From assembly GCA_946187325.1 (NCBI GenBank), contig CAMHQC010000008.1, positions 20,485-84,484 on the forward strand: 64,000 nucleotides of DNA, written 5' to 3'. The notes beneath the pieces are model-generated. The model ran no database searches, had not been told where the DNA came from, and saw only the letters and a list, made by a program, of their open reading frames with translations. The stretch comes from an uncultured Clostridia bacterium. Its GTDB lineage: Bacteria > Bacillota > Clostridia > Oscillospirales > Acutalibacteraceae. The position numbers were made by a program, and so were the translations under genes. Below are positions 56,379 through 64,000 of this stretch, one piece after another (within the stretch, counting starts at the first letter, position 1; each line of letters starts with the position of its first letter).

Positions 56379-58616
56379 TTAAATAATACTTAATTGTTCG
56401 CTGCTGTCGTCAGCAGACGGTAAAGCGCCCAAAGCGGGCAGATTTTTAGTACGGTAACGGGCAGGACGGCTGAATCTCCCCTCTTGGTATTCTTCGATAG
56501 AAAACAGCCTATGACCCTTTTTAAGCCTGAGTACCGCGACTCCCTGAGTAGCTCTTGAGGTTTTAAGATTAAGAACACCTGTATGAAGAAGTAACATTCT
56601 TCCCGATGAAGCTGTAATTACAAACTCCTTATCTTCCTTGGAGAACGCGATATCGGAAATCGGAAATTTGTCGCTGTAGGCTTTAGTAAGCTTTTTACGG
56701 TTAGTCTTAGTGGCGTAGCTTTCGAGAGGTACTTTCGCTATTTTACCGTTCTCAAATCCAAACAATACAAAGCCTTTGTAATCCTTAGTAGCAATCATTT
56801 TAATCGCCAGCTCTCCCTCATCCATACCGAGTTTCGCGGGAATATAATCGCCGAGAACGCTTGCCTTTGTATCCTCAAAATCATAAGCCTTAGCCTTATA
56901 ACACTGGCACTTATTTGTAAAGAATAACAGATCACAGTTATTGGTAAACTCGATACTCTCGGTTATCTTATCTCCTTCTTTTAGCTTATGCTCGCCGCTC
57001 ATACGCAGCGATTTAGGAGTTATTTTCTTAAAGTAACCGTCTTTAGTAAAGAACAGGTGCACCGGATAATCTGGTATTTCCTCTATTTCCTGATATTCCT
57101 CAGTGTCGTCGTTATATAAAATCTCGCACTTTCTGTCCTGACCGTATTTATCAGCGACTTCTTTAAGCTCCTTAACGATAATAGTTTTAACTCTGGCTTT
57201 ACTTTTTAGTATAGCTTCGAGTTCTTTAATCTCGTTTTCTAAATCTTCGATATCCTTAGTTCGTTTAAGAATATACTCACGATTTAAATGACGAAGCTTA
57301 ATCTCGGCAACATACTCAGCCTGAATTTCATCAATACCGAAACCGATCATAAGGTTAGGTACTACCTCGGCTTCTTCGTCGGTTTCACGGACAATCTTAA
57401 TAGCTTTATCGATATCGAGTAAAATTTTCTCAAGACCTTTTAAGAGATGGAGTCTGTCTTTCTTTTTATTTAAATCAAAATACGTTCTTCTGCGGACGCA
57501 CTCGATTCTAAACGCTATCCATTCCTCGAGTAAATCCTTAACACCGAGTACCATCGGAGTTCCGCCGATAAGCACATTGAAGTTACAGGCGTAACTGTCC
57601 TCTAAGGGAGTCATCTTGTAAAGCTTTCTCATAAGTTTATCAGGATCTACTCCGCGCTTTAAGTCTATAGTAATCTTTAAACCGTCGAGACCTGTTTCAT
57701 CACGGATATCGGAAATTTCTTTAACTTTTCCGTTTTTAACCAGGTCTATAACCTTGTCGATAATGGACTCGCAGTTAGTCGAATACGGAATACTCAAAAT
57801 ATCAATACAATTAGCTTTTTTATCGTAGTTGTATTTTGAACGAAGCTTAATGCTTCCGCGTCCGTTTTCATAGACGTTTTTCATTACGTCCTCGTCATAG
57901 ACTATAATCTCTCCGCCCGGAAAGTCGGGCGCGGGCATAGTGCTCATAACATCATGGTCAGGGTCACGGATAAGCGCCGCGGTAGTCTCACAAACTTCTC
58001 TAAGGTTAAAGGAACAAATATTAGAAGCCATACCAACGGCGATACCTGTATTAGAGTTGATAAGTACAGACGGGAAAGTCGCCGGTAAAAGAGTAGGCTC
58101 TTTCATTGTGTTATCGTAGTTATCAACAAAATCTACGGTATCTTTATCAATATCCTTAAAAAGCTCGGTACAGAGTTTATCAAGCTTAGCCTCGGTATAT
58201 CTCGAAGCTGCCCAAGCCATATCGCGGCTGTAAAATTTACCAAAGTTACCTTTCGAGTCAACGTATGGATGCAAAAGCGCTTCATATCCTCTGGACATAC
58301 GAACCATAGTATCATAAATCGCCGCGTCGCCGTGAGGGTTAAGTTTCATTGTCGCGCCGACAATATTCGCGGACTTTGTACGAGCGCCTTTTAGAAGTCC
58401 CATATTATACATAGTGTAAAGAAGCTTTCTGTGCGACGGCTTAAATCCGTCAATCTCGGGAATTGCTCTTGATAAAATAAGACTCATAGCGTAAGGCATA
58501 AAGTTTTCCTGAATAGAGGATACAATATGCTGCTCGACAACTTCTCCCGCGCCTTCTATAACGCCGTTTACCGCGGATGTATCTATTTTTTTCGGAGTTT
58601 TCTTTTTTCTGGCCAA
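56379..58616 (-). CDS. parC: Type IIA topoisomerase subunit A, Topo IV/ParC-like
   Basis: DGFKPSHRK, NPHGD, SRYTE catalytic Tyr. 745 aa with no GyrA-box (QRRGGKG) visible. TTG start. Confidence 0.8.
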   Translation of the reverse strand: MARKKKTPKKIDTSAVNGVIEGAGEVVEQHIVSSIQENFMPYAMSLILSRAIPEIDGFKPSHRKLLYTMYNMGLLKGARTKSANIVGATMKLNPHGDAAIYDTMVRMSRGYEALLHPYVDSKGNFGKFYSRDMAWAASRYTEAKLDKLCTELFKDIDKDTVDFVDNYDNTMKEPTLLPATFPSVLINSNTGIAVGMASNICSFNLREVCETTAALIRDPDHDVMSTMPAPDFPGGEIIVYDEDVMKNVYENGRGSIKLRSKYNYDKKANCIDILSIPYSTNCESIIDKVIDLVKNGKVKEISDIRDETGLDGLKITIDLKRGVDPDKLMRKLYKMTPLEDSYACNFNVLIGGTPMVLGVKDLLEEWIAFRIECVRRRTYFDLNKKKDRLHLLKGLEKILLDIDKAIKIVRETDEEAEVVPNLMIGFGIDEIQAEYVAEIKLRHLNREYILKRTKDIEDLENEIKELEAILKSKARVKTIIVKELKEVADKYGQDRKCEILYNDDTEEYQEIEEIPDYPVHLFFTKDGYFKKITPKSLRMSGEHKLKEGDKITESIEFTNNCDLLFFTNKCQCYKAKAYDFEDTKASVLGDYIPAKLGMDEGELAIKMIATKDYKGFVLFGFENGKIAKVPLESYATKTNRKKLTKAYSDKFPISDIAFSKEDKEFVITASSGRMLLLHTGVLNLKTSRATQGVAVLRLKKGHRLFSIEEYQEGRFSRPARYRTKNLPALGALPSADDSSEQLSII

Positions 58617-58648
58617 ATAATCACCTTCCGAATTCTAGGATTATAATC

Positions 58649-60634
58649 TTAACTAACATCAAGCTGATCTATATACTCAGCTCCGTGGTCTACTATAAAA
58701 TCTTTTCTTCCCTGTAAGTTATCTCCGAGAAGTGTATCGAAGATAGCCGCGGTCTGTTCGGCAGAATCAGGCATAACCTTTATAAGTCTGCGTGTCGCGG
58801 GATTCATAGTAGTTAAGCTCATCATCTCGGGTTCGTTTTCGCCGAGACCTTTGCTTCGCTGGATAGTAAACTTTTGGTTGCCTATTTCTTCTATATATCT
58901 ATCTTTTTCAACCTCGTCGTAAGCGAAGTATATCTTATCTTTCGTTGTAATCTCATACAGAGGAGATTCCGCTATAAACACTTTACCCTCACGTATAAGC
59001 GTCGGCGTAAGCCGATAAAGCATAGTCAGCACAAGAGTTCTGATATGAAATCCATCGACGTCGGCATCTGTACAGATAATAACCTTGTTCCATCTGAGAT
59101 TATTCATATCGAATGTTGAAAGATTCTTATTAGCCTTAGCCTTAACCTCAACACCGCATCCGAGCACTTTAAGTAAATCGGTAATAATATCGCTCTTAAA
59201 AATCTTTTCGTAATCAGCTTTAAGGCAATTTAATATTTTACCTCTAAGCGGTATAATTGCCTGGAAGTCGGGATCGCGAGCCTGTTTACAAGCGCCGAGA
59301 GCCGAATCTCCCTCAACAATAAATACCTCTCTCTCGTTAATATCCTTACTTCTGCAGTCAACAAACTTATTAATTCTGTTGGTGATATCAATTTTACCTT
59401 TGAGGTTATTCTTTATATTAAGTCTCGTTTTTTCAGCGCTTTCACGGCTTCTCTTGTTAATAAGAACCTGGTTAGCGATTTTTTCAGCCTCAAGCGGATT
59501 CTCAATAAAGTAAATTTCTAAGCTGTGGCGCAGAAACTCGGTCATAGCTTCCTGAATACCTTTATTGGTGATAGCCTTTTTGGTCTGGTTTTCGTAGGAA
59601 GTTATACTCGAAAAAGACGAAATACAGATAACAAGACAATCTCTTATATCGTCGAACTTAACCTTGCTCTCGGTTTTATTATATTTATTATTATTTTTCA
59701 GATAGTTGTCTATCATATATACAAAGGCGTTTTTAACAGCTTTATCAGGAGCGCCGCCGTACTCAAGCCAGCTCGAGTTGTGGTAGTATTCGGTTAAAGC
59801 GGTTTTGTTAGAAAAAGCGCAGGATACGCATATCTTACACTTGTACTCAGGTTTATCGGCTCTGTCGCGAACCTTACGCTCTGTTTCCCAATACTGTACA
59901 GAGCTTAAAGCTTCATCCCCTACAACCTCTTTGATATGATCTTCGATACCGTTTACGTAGTTATAGTTGGTAATATCAAAGCTACGTCCGTTTTGGTTGC
60001 GGAATATAAACTCTACGCCCGCGTTTACAATCGCCTGGCGTTTCATAATATCCATAAAATACTCAGCGCTTACGTCAATATCCGTAAATACGTCTATATC
60101 GGGTTTCCAGTGGATTTTTGTACCTGTATCACGTCGGGTATACTCTTCCTTTTTAAGCCCGCCGATATTCTCTCCGTGTTCAAAATGAAGCGAATACTTA
60201 TAGCCGTCACGCTTAATTTCAACATCCATAAACTCGGAAGCGTACTGAGTTGAACAAAGTCCCAATCCGTTTAAGCCTAGTGAAAACTCATAATTTTCAC
60301 CGTCGTTATTATTATACTTACCGCCCGCGTACATCTCGCAGAAAAGTAATTCCCAATTCATTCTGTCTTCATTTTTATTATAGCCTACAGGAATACCGCG
60401 GCCGTGATCCTCTACCTCATATGAGCCGTCGGAATATCTTGTTACCTGGATTTTCCTTCCGTAACCTTCACGCGCTTCATCAATCGAGTTGGACAGAATC
60501 TCAAATACAGAGTGTTGACATCCCTCAATTCCGTCAGAACCGAAAATTACGGCAGGTCTTTTTCTAACTCGGTCGGCTCCGCTAAGCGAGGATATACTGT
60601 CGTCGTTATAATCGTTAGCTTTTCTTTTAGTCAC
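58649..60634 (-). CDS. parE: Type IIA topoisomerase subunit B, Topo IV/ParE-like
   Basis: EILSNSIDE, DHGRGIP, EGDSA, PLRGK and DADVDG. GTG start. Confidence 0.8.
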   Translation of the reverse strand: MTKRKANDYNDDSISSLSGADRVRKRPAVIFGSDGIEGCQHSVFEILSNSIDEAREGYGRKIQVTRYSDGSYEVEDHGRGIPVGYNKNEDRMNWELLFCEMYAGGKYNNNDGENYEFSLGLNGLGLCSTQYASEFMDVEIKRDGYKYSLHFEHGENIGGLKKEEYTRRDTGTKIHWKPDIDVFTDIDVSAEYFMDIMKRQAIVNAGVEFIFRNQNGRSFDITNYNYVNGIEDHIKEVVGDEALSSVQYWETERKVRDRADKPEYKCKICVSCAFSNKTALTEYYHNSSWLEYGGAPDKAVKNAFVYMIDNYLKNNNKYNKTESKVKFDDIRDCLVICISSFSSITSYENQTKKAITNKGIQEAMTEFLRHSLEIYFIENPLEAEKIANQVLINKRSRESAEKTRLNIKNNLKGKIDITNRINKFVDCRSKDINEREVFIVEGDSALGACKQARDPDFQAIIPLRGKILNCLKADYEKIFKSDIITDLLKVLGCGVEVKAKANKNLSTFDMNNLRWNKVIICTDADVDGFHIRTLVLTMLYRLTPTLIREGKVFIAESPLYEITTKDKIYFAYDEVEKDRYIEEIGNQKFTIQRSKGLGENEPEMMSLTTMNPATRRLIKVMPDSAEQTAAIFDTLLGDNLQGRKDFIVDHGAEYIDQLDVS

Positions 60635-62595
60635 TACTTTTCACCTCGTAGTTTTTTAATTTTATCTCTCAGATACGCCGCGTGCTCAAATTCAAGCAAC
60701 TTCGCGGCTGCTCGCATTTCACGCTGGAGACTCTTTATCATCTGTTCTCTCTCTTGGCGAGACATCTGTTTCATATTCTTAAACTCATCGTCGTTATGGG
60801 TAGATATTTCGATAATGTCGCTTACCTTTTTGACGATAGTTTTAGGAATGATGTTGTGTTCTTCGTTATATTTTTTTTGTATTTCTCGTCTGCGGTTAGT
60901 TTCGACAATAGCGTTCTTCATAGAAGGTGTAACGCTGTCGCCGTACATTATAACCGTACCCTCACTGTTTCTCGCGGCTCGACCGATTGTCTGAATAAGG
61001 CTTCGCTCGGATCTTAAAAAGCCTTCTTTATCAGCGTCAAGTATCGCCACTAAAGAAACCTCGGGAATATCAAGTCCCTCTCGTAAAAGGTTAATACCGA
61101 CGAGTACATCAAACTCGCCGAGACGCAAGTCACGAATAATCTCCATACGCTCAACTGTATCAATATCGTGGTGCATATATTTAACCATTATTCCCATTTC
61201 AAGCATGTATTCGGTTAAATCCTCAGCCATTTTCTTAGTAAGAGTAGTAATTAAGGTTCTTTCTTTTTTAGCCACTCTTATATTAATTTCGGATATTAAG
61301 TCATCTAGCTGGCCCTCGGTTGGACGAACGCTGATTTCGGGGTCCAGCAATCCTGTCGGTCTGATAATCTGTTCCGCGACAACTGTACTCTTTTCTTTTT
61401 CAAAGTCGCCCGGGGTAGCCGAAACATAACAAGCCTGATTAATTCTTGAATAAAATTCATCAAAATTCAGCGGACGGTTATCAAAAGCCGACGGAAGTCT
61501 GAAACCGAAATCTATAAGGCTTTTTTTACGGGCGTGATCTCCGGCGTACATACCTCTTACCTGTGGTAATGTAACATGAGATTCGTCAACAAACAAAAGA
61601 AAATCATCGGGGAAATAATTAAGTAACGTATAAGGCGAAGAACCGGGCTTTCTTCCCGACATAATTCTGGAATAGTTCTCAATACCGCTGCAAAAACCTG
61701 TTTCAAGCAGCATATCAATATCGTAATTAGTGCGTTGTTCTATTCTTTGGGCTTCTAAGAGTTTTCCTTTAGACCGGAAATACTCGATACGTTCCGCTAA
61801 CTCGCGTCTAATCTCCGCTACAGCGTCAAGCATTTTATCTCTTGATACTATATAATGAGAAGCGGGATAAATAGCCGCGTGGCGTAAGGTTCCGATCAAT
61901 TCACCCGTTAAAGGATTAATCTCGCTTATTCTATCAATTTCGTCACCGAAAAACTCAACGCGGATAATTCTATCACTTGACGACGCGGGGAAAATTTCAA
62001 GCGTATCCCCTCTTACTCTGAATTTATTACGGGTGAAATTCTCGTCATTTCTTTCATACTGTAATTCGACAAGCTTTTTTATAAGGGAATTTCTGCTTTT
62101 TTCCATACCGGGTCTAAGCGAAATAACCATATTTCTATAATCTATAGGGTCGCCCAAGCTGTATATACACGATACCGAGGCGACAATTATAACATCTCTG
62201 CGCTCGGAAAGCGCGAGCGTCGCGCTATGGCGGAGTTTATCAATCTCGTCATTAATAGAGCTGTCTTTTTCAATATAGGTATCGGTAGTCGGAACATAAG
62301 CTTCGGGCTGGTAATAATCATAATAGCTTACAAAGTACTCAACGGCGTTCTCGGGAAAGAACGATTGAAACTCGGAGCAAAGCTGAGCGGCTAAGGTTTT
62401 ATTATGAGCGAGAATTAGTGTTGGTTTCTGCACCTTTTCGATAATATTAGCCATAGTAAATGTTTTACCCGAGCCTGTTACGCCGAGCAGAGTTTGTTCT
62501 CTGTTTCCGCTGAGAATACTATTAGCTATTTTTTCGATAGCCTGAGGCTGATCGCCTGTAGGCTTATATGAAGAATGTAGTTTAAATTCTCCCAT
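60634..62595 (-). CDS. uvrB: Excinuclease ABC subunit B
   Basis: [32 protein letters not shown] and C-terminal UVR domain. Confidence 0.98.
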   Translation of the reverse strand: MGEFKLHSSYKPTGDQPQAIEKIANSILSGNREQTLLGVTGSGKTFTMANIIEKVQKPTLILAHNKTLAAQLCSEFQSFFPENAVEYFVSYYDYYQPEAYVPTTDTYIEKDSSINDEIDKLRHSATLALSERRDVIIVASVSCIYSLGDPIDYRNMVISLRPGMEKSRNSLIKKLVELQYERNDENFTRNKFRVRGDTLEIFPASSSDRIIRVEFFGDEIDRISEINPLTGELIGTLRHAAIYPASHYIVSRDKMLDAVAEIRRELAERIEYFRSKGKLLEAQRIEQRTNYDIDMLLETGFCSGIENYSRIMSGRKPGSSPYTLLNYFPDDFLLFVDESHVTLPQVRGMYAGDHARKKSLIDFGFRLPSAFDNRPLNFDEFYSRINQACYVSATPGDFEKEKSTVVAEQIIRPTGLLDPEISVRPTEGQLDDLISEINIRVAKKERTLITTLTKKMAEDLTEYMLEMGIMVKYMHHDIDTVERMEIIRDLRLGEFDVLVGINLLREGLDIPEVSLVAILDADKEGFLRSERSLIQTIGRAARNSEGTVIMYGDSVTPSMKNAIVETNRRREIQKKYNEEHNIIPKTIVKKVSDIIEISTHNDDEFKNMKQMSRQEREQMIKSLQREMRAAAKLLEFEHAAYLRDKIKKLRGEK

Positions 62596-62618
62596 ATAAT
62601 CACCTTAGTAACTGTAAA

Positions 62619-63329
62619 TTAAGTTTCTGTATCACCAAAGAAAATTCCTTTACCGTAAATCGTACTTTGGGCCATAGAAACCTCGTCATCCTCACAGACA
62701 ATAACGTGGTCGACAAGGCGCTTATTCATAAGTCTTAACGCGTCATATACCATTTTAGTAGTCTCTATATCAGGTCCTGACGGCAAAGCCAGACCACTCG
62801 GGTGGTTATGAGCTATCGCGACATAATCAGCGTTATACATTACGGCTAACTCGAGTATACGTGTAATAGGCACATCGGTAGTATTACTCGAGCCTTTGGA
62901 AATAATACCGCAGAACAGTTCTTTATACTTTTTGTCCATAAGAAGCAAATACATAACCTCGGTAGTTCTGCCTATAAATTTAGGTCTGAAATAGTCGCAA
63001 AGCCTACTTACTTCAATATGCTTTTTGTTATAATCAGTTCTGTCGTTATGATAAAGGCGTGCGAAATCAGGAATAAGCTTTATAAGGGCGATTGTATTAT
63101 CGGTAAGCCCTGCCCTTTTCAGCTGAGGAATCGGCGCGTCAAAGATAGCGGATAATGATCCGAATTCGTCGAGCAGCTTATGCGCTAAAGGATTAGTATC
63201 ACGCCTCGGAACTCCATAGAACAATAAAAGCTCAAGTGCCTGATGGATTTCGAAGCGGTCGATGCCTTCTTTAAGATATAATTCACGCAGACGTTCCCTA
63301 TGACCTGTATGTAAATTTTTCTCCGCCAT
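62619..63329 (-). CDS. radC: RadC/JAB domain protein
   Basis: GHRERLR, LELLLFY.VPR.DTN HhH region and AHNHPSG...PS..D JAMM motif. Confidence 0.9.
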   Translation of the reverse strand: MAEKNLHTGHRERLRELYLKEGIDRFEIHQALELLLFYGVPRRDTNPLAHKLLDEFGSLSAIFDAPIPQLKRAGLTDNTIALIKLIPDFARLYHNDRTDYNKKHIEVSRLCDYFRPKFIGRTTEVMYLLLMDKKYKELFCGIISKGSSNTTDVPITRILELAVMYNADYVAIAHNHPSGLALPSGPDIETTKMVYDALRLMNKRLVDHVIVCEDDEVSMAQSTIYGKGIFFGDTET

Positions 63330-63361
63330 AATAACGCCTCCCTGAATTAATTACAGATTTA

Positions 63362-64000
63362 TTATTTTACACCGTATTTCTCGTAATAATCGTCGATAGC
63401 TGACTTTAGTTTATCGTCGATGATTACTTTACCGTTGTATTCCTTATTATAAAGATGTTCTACAACCTCAGCCATTGTAACGATAGCTGTAGTTTTGAGT
63501 CCGAATTTTTCCTCAATCTCAGAAAGAGCTGATTTTTCACCCTGACCTCTTTCCATACGATCGACAGAAACTACTAAGCCGATAGGATTAACGTCGCCCT
63601 GAGCCATTATAATCGGAAGGGTTTCGTTAATGGAAGTTCCCGCTGTGGTGACATCCTCGATAATTACAACCTTATCGCCGTCTGATATAGGGCTTCCGAG
63701 CAAAATACCTGTATCGCCGTGGTCTTTAACTTCCTTGCGGTTAGAGCAGTATTTTATATCCTTACCGTATTTATCAGCGATAGCGATTGAAGCCGTTACG
63801 GAAAGCGGAATACCCTTATACGCGGGCCCGAAAAGCACATCGAAATCAAGTCCGAATTTATTATTTATCGCCTCGGCGTAATACTCGCCGAGCTTCTTTA
63901 GCTGAGAACCCGTGCGGTAAAAACCTGTGTTTACAAAGAACGGAGTTTTTCTACCGCTTTTAGTCACAAAATCACCGAATTTTAAAACCTGCGAGTCAAC
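63362..64000 (-). CDS. pyrE: Orotate phosphoribosyltransferase, 5' end outside the window
   Basis: The frame continues to the window edge (VDSQVLKFGDFVTKSGRKTPFF). FGPAYKGIP, NRKE.KDHG and IIEDVTTAGT. Confidence 0.95.
   Translation of the reverse strand, partial: VDSQVLKFGDFVTKSGRKTPFFVNTGFYRTGSQLKKLGEYYAEAINNKFGLDFDVLFGPAYKGIPLSVTASIAIADKYGKDIKYCSNRKEVKDHGDTGILLGSPISDGDKVVIIEDVTTAGTSINETLPIIMAQGDVNPIGLVVSVDRMERGQGEKSALSEIEEKFGLKTTAIVTMAEVVEHLYNKEYNGKVIIDDKLKSAIDDYYEKYGVK

Noticed and set aside
62619-63329. radC as a marker of a mobile element
   Set aside because: Full-length HhH plus JAB form among core genes, with no integrase, att site or compositional break.
1-64000. CRISPR arrays, rRNA, tRNA, transposases, prophage or defence islands
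   Set aside because: No regularly spaced repeats, RNA gene signatures or mobile-element proteins were seen. Intergenic gaps are all under about 270 bp.

Overview
Low-GC Firmicute chromosome segment, consistent with a spore-forming Oscillospiraceae/Ruminococcus-like genome. It is almost entirely housekeeping genes, mostly on the minus strand: sepF(part)-yggS, miaA-mutL-mutS-ymcA/ylbF-miaB, efp-aroQ, rpsU, leuS-rsfS-yqeK-yhbY-rdgB-ftsY-smc-radical SAM-rnc-plsX-trmFO-topA-dprA, infC-rpmI-rplT with an L20-leader attenuator, spoIVB-spo0A, copA, a pur operon, secG, a Topo IV-like pair, uvrB, radC and pyrE(part). I found no rRNA, tRNA, CRISPR array or transposase. The strongest candidate for something new is a four-gene operon at 31496-35721. 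It has tarI-tarJ-tarL architecture, but a GatD-type hexitol-phosphate dehydrogenase fills the TarJ slot, and an inserted epimerase has the longer AlsE-type phosphate loop. This suggests a CDP-hexitol (possibly allitol) phosphate wall polymer rather than ribitol teichoic acid. Other leads: a PurF with substitutions at normally conserved active-site positions, a radical SAM gene that can only start at AUU, a structured purO-purH spacer sharing a degenerate palindromic repeat with the parC-secG spacer, and two sporulation genes whose initiation regions are embedded in housekeeping terminators. Family assignments come from motifs I recognise by eye; no database search was run.
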